Source of the DNA: Vulcanimicrobiota bacterium
Lineage (GTDB): Bacteria; Vulcanimicrobiota; Xenobia; Xenobiales; JADMJV01
Length of the DNA stretch: 64,000 nucleotides
Assembly (NCBI GenBank): GCA_050250895.1
Contig: JBFWNU010000005.1
Coordinates: 547,396-611,395 of the forward strand
Direction: 5' to 3'
In this document: piece by piece, positions 8,621-17,719 of the stretch
Layout of the letters: the number at the start of each line of letters is the position of its first letter
How positions within the stretch are numbered: position 1 is the first letter of the stretch
The notes under the pieces: generated by a model
Told to the model about the DNA's origin: nothing
The model's database searches: none
What the model saw: the letters and a program-made list of their open reading frames with translations, nothing else
Position numbers and translations under genes: made by a program

Positions 8621-9625
8621 ATGGAGCTAAAACCCCCCCTCGACCCCATGCTCGCCACCAACGCCGAGGCCATCCCCGAAGAACCCGGCTGGCACTTCGA
8701 GCCCAAGTGGGATGGCTTTCGCTGCCTGGTCTTCTGGGATGGCCACGAACTCTTGCTGCAAAGCCGAGACCATAAGCCCCTCAATCGCTATTTTCCCGAA
8801 GTCGAAGAGAAGCTCGGCGAGCTACCCGAGGGCGTGGCGCTCGACGGCGAACTGGTGGTCGCCCAACAGGGAGCCCTCGACTTCGAGGCCCTGCTCCAAC
8901 GCATCCATCCGGCCCGTTCTCGCGTCAAATTGCTGGCCCGCCAGACACCAGCCACTTTCGTAGCCTTCGACCTCCTGGCTCACCGGGGTGAGTCGCTGTT
9001 AGAAAGCCCCTTCGAGCAGCGTCGGCAGCGGCTCGAACAGCTTTCGATCCTCACGACTCCCGCCACCGACTCGGTCGACCTTGCCCGGGATTGGTTCCGG
9101 CGCTTCGAGGGGGCCGGATTCGACGGGATCATCGCCCGCCGCTACGACCAGCCCTACTTGCCCGGCCAGCGGGCCATGCTCAAAATCAAGCATCGGCGCA
9201 CCGCCGACTGTGTGGTCGGAGGCTACCGCTGGCGCAAGTCCAAAGAGGGCGAGCAGGTCGGCTCTTTGCTCTTAGGCCTCTACGACCACCAGGGCGTCTT
9301 CCACTACGTCGGCTTCTCGTCGAGTTTCAAAGTGCCCGAGCGGCGACGACTGGCCGAGAAGCTCGCCGCCTACCATGGGCCCAGCGGGTTTGGCCAGGGC
9401 CGTACGCCCGGCGGGCCCAGCCGCTGGAGTCAGGGCAAAGAGAGCGAGTGGATCAGCCTGCGCCCCGAACTGGTCTGCGAGGTGCGCTACGATCACCTTC
9501 AAGGAGCGCGCTTTCGCCACGGCACTACCTTCCTGCGCTGGCGCCCCGACAAGCCTCCCGACGACTGCACCTACGCCCAGCTCGACACCGTCCCGCCGGC
9601 TGAATTGAGCGCCCTCTTCCAGTAG
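8621..9625 (+). CDS. ligC: ATP-dependent DNA ligase, LigC type
   Basis: PMLA, EPKWDGFR (adenylation Lys), DGELVV, FDLL, KIKH.RTADCVV, GSLLLGLY, RFRH...RWRPDK. Confidence 0.9.
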   Translation: MELKPPLDPMLATNAEAIPEEPGWHFEPKWDGFRCLVFWDGHELLLQSRDHKPLNRYFPEVEEKLGELPEGVALDGELVVAQQGALDFEALLQRIHPARSRVKLLARQTPATFVAFDLLAHRGESLLESPFEQRRQRLEQLSILTTPATDSVDLARDWFRRFEGAGFDGIIARRYDQPYLPGQRAMLKIKHRRTADCVVGGYRWRKSKEGEQVGSLLLGLYDHQGVFHYVGFSSSFKVPERRRLAEKLAAYHGPSGFGQGRTPGGPSRWSQGKESEWISLRPELVCEVRYDHLQGARFRHGTTFLRWRPDKPPDDCTYAQLDTVPPAELSALFQ

Positions 9626-9627
9626 CC

Positions 9628-10554
9628 TTACGCAGAGGTGCCGGTCCGGAGCGCTTCGGCCTCGAGAAAGATGCGTGAGAAGCCGTCATACTCGTGGCAC
9701 ACCTTCGCCTTGAGACGATCAACCGTCTCGGCCACCTCTTCCACCGAACCGTGCTTTTTGAAGGCTACCTCGAGGTTCAAGAGGACTTCCTCGGGCCCGA
9801 AATGCATCGTCAGCACCCTCCGACAGGTGTCCACGCGTTCATCTCCTGCAATGATCTCCCGAATGCGGGCAACCATTTCCGGGTCCATCGCCTCTCCCAC
9901 CAGCAGGCTACGGGTTTCCAGAGCCAGGAAGACTGCGACCAGTAACAGGATGCAACCGATGACGATGGAGGCGATAGGATCGAGAATCGGCAGGCTCAGT
10001 TGATGCGATAGGAATACCCCCAGAAAAGCGATGACGATGCCTGCGAGGGCGGCTGCATCTTCCAGGACGACGATGTAGACAGTCGGGTCTTTGCTGGCCC
10101 GAATCCCCTTCCATAAGCCTTTGTCGGGCTGAGCCTTGCGTAGCTCGTGCACGGCCACTCCCAGCGAGATGGCTTCCGAGACGAAGGCCAGACCCAGCAC
10201 GCCATAGTTCCAGGCGACCCCCCCATGCTCGCCACCGCCGGAGACGATCTCGTAGACGCCCTCCAGGATGGAAAGGCCGCCACCCACGGTGAACAGCAGC
10301 ATGGCCACCACCACGCCCCAGAAATAGAGTTCTTTTCCATGGCCAAAGGGGTGCATCCGATCCGCTGGACGCTGGCTGCGTTTGTGGCCTAGCAACATCA
10401 GCGCCTGGTTTCCGGCGTCGACCGTCGAATGGATCCCCTCGGCCAGCATCGCCGAACTTCGCGTGGCCGCTGCGGCCACGAACTTCCCCACCGCAATGAC
10501 CAGGTTGGCCACGAGGGCGCCATAGGTTGCGATAGGCTTGCCTGAACCTGCCAT
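9628..10554 (-). CDS. Cation diffusion facilitator transporter
   Basis: AEGIHSTVD, HPFGHGKE, VVLEDAAAL, TMHFGPEEVL. Confidence 0.92.
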   Translation of the reverse strand: MAGSGKPIATYGALVANLVIAVGKFVAAAATRSSAMLAEGIHSTVDAGNQALMLLGHKRSQRPADRMHPFGHGKELYFWGVVVAMLLFTVGGGLSILEGVYEIVSGGGEHGGVAWNYGVLGLAFVSEAISLGVAVHELRKAQPDKGLWKGIRASKDPTVYIVVLEDAAALAGIVIAFLGVFLSHQLSLPILDPIASIVIGCILLLVAVFLALETRSLLVGEAMDPEMVARIREIIAGDERVDTCRRVLTMHFGPEEVLLNLEVAFKKHGSVEEVAETVDRLKAKVCHEYDGFSRIFLEAEALRTGTSA

Positions 10555-10718
10555 GGATTCATTCTGGGCGCCGGGCCGCCGCTGGCGACACACCTCCACG
10601 GATGGACCGTACCCCCGCCAGGGGATGTCTCAGTTCGGTAACCCGCTGCTTGCGAGGTCATCGATGTCGCTACCAGGTAGGCAAGTAAACCAGACCGCAC
10701 CCCCGAAGAGCCGCAGCG

Positions 10719-11420
10719 ATGCTCAGCCTTCACGATGTCTGGTTCTCGCACCCCGACAGCCCGCCGCTGTTTGGTCCCTTGAGCTTCGCCATCGAGCCAG
10801 GCGAGCGGGTAGCCCTCATCGGCCCCTCGGGCAGCGGCAAGAGCACCCTGGCGCGTCTGCTGAACGGCCTCGAGTTCCCCACCGCCGGCCACATCGAGGT
10901 CGACGGAATCTCCACCCACGAAGACCCTTATCACGCTCGTCGCCGGGTTGGGATGGTCTTTCAAGACCCCCAGACTCAGCTGCTCGCTCAGACCGTCGAA
11001 GACGAACTTGCCTTTGGCCTCGAGAACCTCAATTTGCCGGCCCCCGAGATCCAGCAGCGGGTCGACGCCATGCTCGACCACCTCCACCTCACCTCCCTGC
11101 GCCACCGCGACCCTCATCTTCTCTCGGGTGGTCAGAAGCAGAAGGTGGCCATCGCCTCGGTGCTGGTCATGCAACCCGCCTACCTGGTGCTCGACGAACC
11201 CACTTCGATGCTCGACGCCCAGGGCCGCCACGACCTCTTTCAACTACTCGACCGTCTCGAGGTCGGGCTCATCTTCATCACCCATCAAGCCAACGAGATT
11301 GCCCGCATGCAGCGAGTCATCACCCTGGCAGCCGTCGAGTTTCCCCCCGACCCGCTCCAACAACTCGCCCAACGCCTGGGCCGTGACCCCAGCGACTTCC
11401 TCAAGAGCCTCGGCGGCTAG
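10719..11420 (+). CDS. ECF transporter ATPase (EcfA/CbiO-like)
   Basis: GPSGSGKST, VFQDPQTQ, LAFGLEN, LSGGQKQ, LDEPTSMLD. Confidence 0.88.
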   Translation: MLSLHDVWFSHPDSPPLFGPLSFAIEPGERVALIGPSGSGKSTLARLLNGLEFPTAGHIEVDGISTHEDPYHARRRVGMVFQDPQTQLLAQTVEDELAFGLENLNLPAPEIQQRVDAMLDHLHLTSLRHRDPHLLSGGQKQKVAIASVLVMQPAYLVLDEPTSMLDAQGRHDLFQLLDRLEVGLIFITHQANEIARMQRVITLAAVEFPPDPLQQLAQRLGRDPSDFLKSLGG

Positions 11421-11454
11421 AGGCGTCCACCTCGCCCTGCCGAACAATCCGCCC

Positions 11455-12066
11455 ATGAAATTCGCTGCTACCCTGCTGCTCACCCTCGCCCTCTCGCTAC
11501 CCACCCTGGCTCAGGAGGCAGCCGTGCGCCAGGCCCTGAGCAAGCACATGCCGGGCGCTACCATCGTTTCGGTTCGCGTCAGCGGCAACTGGGCTCTGTG
11601 CGGCTGGTCTCAGACCGAGGCCGAGGGCATGGCCTTGTTGCACCGCTACGGCAAGACCTGGGAGGTGGCCCAGTCCGGGGGCGGCGCCATGGGCCTGGCC
11701 GAACTCGCCCTGCTGGGTGTGCCCCAGGGGAACTGGATGGCCCTCATAGGCGGCCAGATCCCGGCCGAAGAAAAGCAGCGGGCTCTCGAGGCTCTGGCCT
11801 CGCCCTACTGGACCTGGCTCACCCAAAAGCAAGGTCTGAGCGCGCAAGACCTCGACGGCTACACCGCCTGGGAGCTCACCCTCATGCGCAACGAGATCTT
11901 CGCGCTGCACGGCCGCAAGTTCACCGACCCTGAACTCAACGCTTGCTTTAGCATGCGGTCCTGGTACAAACCCCGCGGCGATTACCGCGACAGCCTGCTC
12001 ACGCAGACCGAGAAGGCCAACGTCGAGTTCATCTCGGCCTATCAGAGAAAAACCGGCAAGCTATAG
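11455..12066 (+). CDS. Secreted YARHG-domain protein
   Basis: Signal peptide from ATG11455; ELTLMRNEIFALHGRKF...WYKP...EKANV. Confidence 0.85.
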   Translation: MKFAATLLLTLALSLPTLAQEAAVRQALSKHMPGATIVSVRVSGNWALCGWSQTEAEGMALLHRYGKTWEVAQSGGGAMGLAELALLGVPQGNWMALIGGQIPAEEKQRALEALASPYWTWLTQKQGLSAQDLDGYTAWELTLMRNEIFALHGRKFTDPELNACFSMRSWYKPRGDYRDSLLTQTEKANVEFISAYQRKTGKL

Positions 12067-13386
12067 CCCGCTCTGGGCCCGGTAGAAAAGCTTCATCAGC
12101 CCCATGTCGGGCTCGAGTTCGTCGGCCTTCAGGCGGCTCTCCAGCTCGCGAAACGCGCTGACCGCCTCGGCCGGGGCGGCCCGCTCGAGAGCCGCCTGCA
12201 TGAAGTGGGCCACCGCAGCCTGCTCGCTGGGAGCCAGCTGAGCCACCGCCGCCACCGCCCGGCGCGCCTGGACTAGCTCGCCCAGCCCCCCAAAATAAGC
12301 CACCGTCTGGGTCAAGCAGGCGACCACCGCGTGCTCGAGAGAGTCGCGTTCGACCATAGCCCAGTCCTCGTAGCAGTCGCTCATAAACCCGCCCTGGTAA
12401 AGCTCGAGCAAGCGGTCCAGTGCCCCCACCGAGGTCACCCCCTCGCTCACCAACTCTTTCACATCGCAAAAATCGTGCCACCCGCACACGGCCGGATTCA
12501 ATCGTAACTGAGTGCGGGTGCGCAGCACGAAATCGGTGAACTGCTCTTCTTCCAACCCCAGGCACTCGCGCCACTGCTTGAGGGCCACGCCCAGGTTCTT
12601 GCGAGCCCGTGAGGTGGTCGCATCCGGCCAGAACTGACCCAGAATCCACTCCACCGAAACGGGCTGGCCCCAGCGGGTCCCCAGCAAGCCGATCAGCCAG
12701 CGGGTCTTGGCGCTGGCCGCCTCGTGAGGGTAGGTCTTGCCGTTGAGCTGCAGCTCGAAGGTGCCCAGCGTCTTGAGCCCAAACACCGGCCCCGTCCCCT
12801 GGCCCTCACTATGATTGAGGTAGCGAAACGAAGTCTCGCCGAAACGAACGATATCGCCGTGCTGCAGGCGCCGCTGCTGGCCGGGGCTCAGGCTCACGTC
12901 GTTGACCAGGGTGGCCGAAGAGCCCGACTCACACAGCAGGCTGAAATCCGCCTCTCCCGGCACCAGGCTGGCGTGCTGGCGGCTGACCGTCGGCTCGTTG
13001 AGCTCGATGTGATTGAGGCGCCGGCCCCGCCGCCCCACCTGGTAGCGCTGGGGATAGAGCTGCCAGGAACGCCCGTCCATGCCGGCCAGCAAAGCCCGGG
13101 GTGGCTGGCGCAGGTCGAGCAGAGTCAGGTGCGTTCCCTCCACCTCGACGCTCTGCCCCGGCTGCAGCAGGCTCTCGCCCTGGTCGGGGTGGGCCAGTCG
13201 TACCTGTTCGTTGTCATAGAGCACCGTCCAGCCCACCAGAGCCGGAGCGTGCTCTCCCAGGGGCAGCGCCCGGGCAAAAAACGGCAAGCGCAGTTCGGGA
13301 CGGTCCAAGGAAAGAATCTGCAACTCCAGATGGGGAGCTACCGTTTTGACGGCTTCGGCTTTGGCCTGCTGAGTGGCTTCATCCAT
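12061..13386 (-). CDS. FHA + OmpR-type wHTH + BTAD (SARP-like) regulator
   Basis: FHA GR...VSRQHA...TLVND; LKTLGTFEL, FWPDAT...RARKNL, LYQGGFMSDCYEDWA; alternative start 13416. Confidence 0.82.
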   Translation of the reverse strand: MDEATQQAKAEAVKTVAPHLELQILSLDRPELRLPFFARALPLGEHAPALVGWTVLYDNEQVRLAHPDQGESLLQPGQSVEVEGTHLTLLDLRQPPRALLAGMDGRSWQLYPQRYQVGRRGRRLNHIELNEPTVSRQHASLVPGEADFSLLCESGSSATLVNDVSLSPGQQRRLQHGDIVRFGETSFRYLNHSEGQGTGPVFGLKTLGTFELQLNGKTYPHEAASAKTRWLIGLLGTRWGQPVSVEWILGQFWPDATTSRARKNLGVALKQWRECLGLEEEQFTDFVLRTRTQLRLNPAVCGWHDFCDVKELVSEGVTSVGALDRLLELYQGGFMSDCYEDWAMVERDSLEHAVVACLTQTVAYFGGLGELVQARRAVAAVAQLAPSEQAAVAHFMQAALERAAPAEAVSAFRELESRLKADELEPDMGLMKLFYRAQSGL

Positions 13387-13436
13387 CTCTGCGGGCCTTC
13401 GCCAGGGAAACCCCACCCCCTACAGAAATCCCTCTG

Positions 13437-13823
13437 GTGTCCAGAAGACACACTTTAGGTATCAGCCTGCTCGAAACCGTACTGGGAGGAATCATCCTGG
13501 CCCTGGTCATCATCTTCGTCTCGACTCTCTTCCCGGCTTCGCTCATCGCCATCGGCGGTAGCGAGAATACCATGCAGGCCGAAGAGCTAGCCGGCTCGCT
13601 GCTCGAGAGCATGCGCGAAGTCCCCTTCGAGCAGCTGGCCCCCCTGCCGCCCGGTGATTTCCACGGCGATCGCCAGGTGCTGCACTATCAAACCGAGGTT
13701 GGTCCCGTACCCGACTCAGACCCCAACTTTATCAAGAGCCTCAAGGTTACCGTCAGCTGGCAAGAGCGAGGCCGGCAACGTCAAGTGGTGAGGGAGTGCT
13801 GGGTGCATGCCTTGCGGCGCTAA
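13437..13823 (+). CDS. Prepilin-like minor pilin (PilV-like)
   Basis: Class III signal G|ISLLE followed by a hydrophobic helix; KVTVSW near the C-terminus. Confidence 0.75.
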   Translation: MSRRHTLGISLLETVLGGIILALVIIFVSTLFPASLIAIGGSENTMQAEELAGSLLESMREVPFEQLAPLPPGDFHGDRQVLHYQTEVGPVPDSDPNFIKSLKVTVSWQERGRQRQVVRECWVHALRR

Positions 13824-14391
13824 CAAAGCCTTCAGCCTGGCCGAGGTGCTCATGGCCATGGGATTGGCCCTGCTGCTGAGCCTGGTGGCCTTTCGCATCT
13901 TCGTGCCTTCCCTGACTTACTCGGCCGAGGGCACCGCCCGCCTCGACCTGCAACAGTCGGCTCGGCTGGCCATGCAGACCATCGCCCAGGACCTCAGCCA
14001 CACCCGGCCCCTGGCCATCAGCACCGCCCCTGACGCTCTAGCCCTGGTGCCTCAGGTTTCGATGGACGGCTCGGGCCTGCCCATCTGGAGCGACAAAGTG
14101 GTTGTCTTCAGCCAGACCGGCAAGACCCTGGCCCGCTACGAACTCGACGCCAAGACCCCCGCCCCCGGCCGCTACACGCCCGCCGAACTAGCCGGCCTGA
14201 CCTTGCCCAGACCCACCAGGAAGCTGGCTGACTCGGTGGTTGCCTTCGAGGTCACCGCCCCCATGGCAGCCACCGACGTGGACCCCCCTCTGCCTCTGCA
14301 AGTCCGCCTGGTGCTTGAAAAAACCGTGGCCCGGCGGGGGCCTGTTAGAATCACCTTCGAACGCAGCTTCTCGTCGCGCACCGCCAACTAG
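13807..14391 (+). CDS. Prepilin-like minor pilin (PilW/GspJ-like)
   Basis: A|FSLAEVLMAMG; LQQSARLAMQTIAQDL. Confidence 0.75.
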   Translation: MPCGANKAFSLAEVLMAMGLALLLSLVAFRIFVPSLTYSAEGTARLDLQQSARLAMQTIAQDLSHTRPLAISTAPDALALVPQVSMDGSGLPIWSDKVVVFSQTGKTLARYELDAKTPAPGRYTPAELAGLTLPRPTRKLADSVVAFEVTAPMAATDVDPPLPLQVRLVLEKTVARRGPVRITFERSFSSRTAN

Positions 14392-14467
14392 CCCGGCTAG
14401 ACGGCCTTTTTTGACGCAAATGTGACGGCAAAGCATCATGCTCGGAGCATAGCTATCAGGAGGATGT

Positions 14468-15235
14468 ATGTCCGTCATTCGCACTCATTTACCGGCTCAT
14501 CAAATTCCCAGGCCAGGAACGCCGTTCCCCTCGCGCATACCTGGCTCTGTGCCGAAGGCTCCGGATTGCGCTACTCCTGCCGCATCGGCCGATACTCTTA
14601 CCAGGGCGTCCGAAGAGACCACTCTCAAAGCCAACCTGCGAGGAGCCTCCAAGGCCGAGCTCCGTCAGCTGGCAGGCCAATCTGCGAATGACTGGAACTT
14701 CCTGGCCGCCACTGGATTCGCCGTTTCCAGTCCCATGCTCGGACTGGCCGGGCCGGCCGTCTTGTCGCTGGTGAAGGACCACGGCTTGCAGTTCACGATT
14801 CCGGGCGGCTCTGTAAGCGCTAAGCTCGAGCGACCCGATAAGCTGGTCGCCAGTTTGCCCAACGGTCGTGAGCTTGGTCTGATTTCGATGGGTGACAACC
14901 GAATGATGATCTCTGTCTCCGGCGGTTCCCAGCCGAAAGAACAGTGGTATTTCGCCAAGATGGACTCCATCGACGGGAGCTCTCCAACCCGCAGCAGCTT
15001 TAGCCTCAGCCAGGAGAGTCCTTCGGGAAACTTCTCTTATCAGAATTCTCAGGTCGCCCAGGACGGTGACGGCTACCGACTTAGCCACAATTCGATTTTC
15101 ACCGAAGGTGCCGCGCAGCACACCTGCTACGAGCTCGCCAGCTCTGGCGAACAGCTGAGCGGACGCAAGGCTGGCCTGTTTCTGGATTCAGACCATAGAC
15201 TCAGCACCACGATGGAAGCCCTCTTCGCCAGCTAA
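14468..15235 (+). CDS. Hypothetical protein
   Basis: 255-aa ORF with an AGGAGG SD; P/S-rich N-terminus. Confidence 0.6.
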   Translation: MSVIRTHLPAHQIPRPGTPFPSRIPGSVPKAPDCATPAASADTLTRASEETTLKANLRGASKAELRQLAGQSANDWNFLAATGFAVSSPMLGLAGPAVLSLVKDHGLQFTIPGGSVSAKLERPDKLVASLPNGRELGLISMGDNRMMISVSGGSQPKEQWYFAKMDSIDGSSPTRSSFSLSQESPSGNFSYQNSQVAQDGDGYRLSHNSIFTEGAAQHTCYELASSGEQLSGRKAGLFLDSDHRLSTTMEALFAS

Positions 15236-15390
15236 GCCGGCGTTTTGGTCGATTGTGACCTGATCACTCTGGTGGGCCACCATGCTCTCGGCCCAGACGA
15301 GCCCGCGACGGACGAGAGCCGCAACCCCGGCGCGATGGGCCCCAGCCGTCTCCAGCGCCTTCGGGTTCGATCACAAGGCTGGTGGCGTTA

Positions 15391-15444
15391 GTTTACACCT
15401 GAGTGGTGCGATCGTCGCTTGGCCGTCGCCTCCCCGCGTAGTCT
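15391..15444 (+). promoter_or_regulatory. Conserved 54-bp upstream motif, copy 1
   Basis: GTTTACA-N14-TCGTCG-cttgg-CCGTCG-N10-TAGTCT. Confidence 0.7.
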
Positions 15445-15476
15445 AAGGGCAAGCACTACGCAGGAGGAAACAACCG

Positions 15477-16031
15477 ATGAAGATTCAGGCACCGCAACGC
15501 ACCTGGCTCAGCCTTCCCGCTCAAAGCCCGGCCCGAACCCCAGACATCGCCCCCCTCGCCCATCAAGACGGCGTGCAGCTAAGCTTCGGCCAGGAGTCGA
15601 CCGCCAGTCACCTGGCCACCTATGCCCAGGACTTTCTCAGCGAGTTCTACGCCCAGCCCGACGACGGCCTGGGAGACTCGCTGCTCGGTCGGGGCGTAGC
15701 CGGACCCGAGGTCGAAAAGCTGCAGAAAATGCTCAACGAGCAGGGCTTCGAACTCGAGGAAGACGGCATCTATGGCCCTAAAACCCAGCAGGCCGTCAAG
15801 GACTTCCAGGCTAAACAGGTCGAGGCCGGAAACGACATCAAAGTCGACGGCATCGTCGGACCCGAGACCCGAGCCGCTCTGGCCAAAGCCCCGGAGCCCG
15901 GCGTACGCGAACAGCCCGACCCCTCCGAGACCTCCGACAAGTCTCCCTCCGTACGCGAACAGCCCGACCCCTCCGAGACCTCCGACAAGACTCCCTCCGT
16001 ACGCGAACAACCCGACCCCTCCGAAGGCTAG
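15477..16031 (+). CDS. Peptidoglycan-binding domain protein with C-terminal repeats
   Basis: G..GPEVEKLQKML...DGIYGPKTQQAVKDFQ...VDGIVGPETRAAL (PG_binding_1 pattern). Confidence 0.88.
   Translation: MKIQAPQRTWLSLPAQSPARTPDIAPLAHQDGVQLSFGQESTASHLATYAQDFLSEFYAQPDDGLGDSLLGRGVAGPEVEKLQKMLNEQGFELEEDGIYGPKTQQAVKDFQAKQVEAGNDIKVDGIVGPETRAALAKAPEPGVREQPDPSETSDKSPSVREQPDPSETSDKTPSVREQPDPSEG
15902..16024 (+). repeat. In-frame 48-bp tandem repeat (VREQPDPSETSDKxPS), about 2.5 copies
   Basis: cgtacgcgaaca starts at 15902, 15950 and 15998. Confidence 0.9.
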
Positions 16032-16114
16032 CCGGACTTCGCCCGGGCCGGAAATGTTAGACCGTCCCCCGGGGGACTCCGAGGCCGTGAAAACTAGGGA
16101 GTTCGGTGCGGGTG

Positions 16115-16146
16115 ATGGTTAAGGCCTCGAATGGGGCGATTCTAAC
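16115..16146. repeat. Imperfect direct repeat, left of the HNH gene
   Basis: atggttaaggcctcgaatggggcgattctaac; similar to 17536-17567. Confidence 0.65.
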
Positions 16147-16274
16147 CGCCACTAAAACGCCACCGGGGCGCTCGACAAGCGGGGGCCAACTTAGCCCGCT
16201 CGAGCCCACTCCAGCAGCCATTCCAATAGCCCGCTCTCTCGCTGGCGTTCGAGATCACGTCCGCGACGATCGCG

Positions 16275-17249
16275 TCAGACCAGCCCCTGGGGAGCAACCC
16301 CGCTCACTTGCAGGATGCCTTTGTGGATGTTCTTGTGGCAGCGCGAGCACACCACCACCAAATTCTCTGGCACCGTGGGTCCGCCCCGACAGTAAAAGAC
16401 CACGTGGTGCACATCGAGCCAGAGTCGGTTCGGGCAGCCCGGGCAAGAGCAGCGATAGCCATCCCGCCGCAGCACTGCCCGGCGCTGGGCGGCAGTCGCC
16501 TGCCGCTTGCTGGGATTGAACCTCAACCGGCCGGCCAGTTGCAACTTCGACTCGCCCGGACACACGTGTGTCTGCATTGCCAGCGCCTCGACCGGAGCGA
16601 CCAGGTCCTGGGCGGCTTCAACCTTGAGCTGCTCCACCTGGCCGCCCAGAAAGTCGGCCAGGATCCATTCGAACGCCTCGGCCGGATTGACCGTGCCGCC
16701 GTTGTCTCTCGAGATTACGGTCACCGCTCGCGACCACAGCTCGGACACCTCGGGAGCGACCCGAAAACGAAGCTCGACCTCTTCTACCATATTCAGGGCC
16801 GCCTCGGCCGGAGTGTCACCGCGATTGGCCCCGCTCACTAAACGAGCCAGGCGATGAGGCTTGAGGCGCACTGCCAGGTCAAGCCAGGCCTCTTCGGTCT
16901 CGGGCGTCACGATGCGGGTGACCACACGCAGATTGGACCAGCAGATTCGGTTCTCTTCGCAGGCTTTGGAGAACAGCGGCAGCTCTTCGAGATGGCCGGC
17001 GATCCGCATCGAATCTAGCGCCTCGCGCTTCTCGACTTTGATTAGCCGGGCGAAGTGGATAGCCGAATGGCAGCCGGTCTCGGCGCAAAAATCGGTGCGC
17101 TCGATAGCCAATAGACATCGCCCCAGCAGGATGCGAGTCAGGGCCAGGGTGTTGGCCAGGCGACGGATCACCCTTTCCAGCCGCTCGTGAGGAAGCTTGC
17201 TCAAGTTTTCGACGGTCCAGAATTCGCGTTGCTTTTGATCGGTAATCAT
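16275..17249 (-). CDS. HNH endonuclease with N-terminal helical (DUF222-like) region
   Basis: RRAVLRRDGYRCSCPGC...LDVHHV...GGPTVPENLVVVCSRCHKNIH; alternative start 17303. Confidence 0.88.
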   Translation of the reverse strand: MITDQKQREFWTVENLSKLPHERLERVIRRLANTLALTRILLGRCLLAIERTDFCAETGCHSAIHFARLIKVEKREALDSMRIAGHLEELPLFSKACEENRICWSNLRVVTRIVTPETEEAWLDLAVRLKPHRLARLVSGANRGDTPAEAALNMVEEVELRFRVAPEVSELWSRAVTVISRDNGGTVNPAEAFEWILADFLGGQVEQLKVEAAQDLVAPVEALAMQTHVCPGESKLQLAGRLRFNPSKRQATAAQRRAVLRRDGYRCSCPGCPNRLWLDVHHVVFYCRGGPTVPENLVVVCSRCHKNIHKGILQVSGVAPQGLV

Positions 17250-17535
17250 AAGTCCATGATAGCCTTTGCCCCCGTTGTTCGTCAAAGATTCGATGCGAAT
17301 CAATCCTTTATTTTACAAGCATTTGCGCGTTTTCTGAGTGATGATTATTCGAGCTTTTCGAGGCCAAAATGAAGATTTCTTCAAACTCGGCTCTTCAAGT
17401 GCCTGAGGGGGACCTGGAGGGGCTATCGCGAGCAGTTTAGGGGCGAGGCTCCTCCGGGGCGGTTGGGCGGCCGCATCTGAAAATAATTTCGACACATGTG
17501 TGCCGGAGGGGGTTAGGCTGTCCTCGGTTCGGGCC

Positions 17536-17567
17536 ATGGTCAAGGCCTCGAACGGGCGACCTCCAAC
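17536..17567. repeat. Imperfect direct repeat, right of the HNH gene
   Basis: atggtcaaggcctcgaacgggcgacctccaac. Confidence 0.65.
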
Positions 17568-17719
17568 TTCCCTCCAATCGCCGTTAGTCCACCGCCGGTT
17601 TGGCATGAGACAGCCTCGAGACGGGGAAGAAGGTATCAAATGTGAGCTTGCAAAACAGGACGCAGGGCGCCCCTGCGTCCTGCGGCCTGTTATCCAGACA
17701 GAAAAGTGAGCCAGGCTCC

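Noticed and set aside
10590-10710. TPP riboswitch, NiCo riboswitch or tRNA
   Set aside because: Only partial motifs: the TPP ACCTGAT core, NiCo CAGGC/GCCGGG and tRNA T-arm are missing
16275-17303. IscB/Cas9-like RNA-guided nuclease
   Set aside because: No PLMP or RuvC motifs; the HNH is C-terminal, as in DUF222-type proteins
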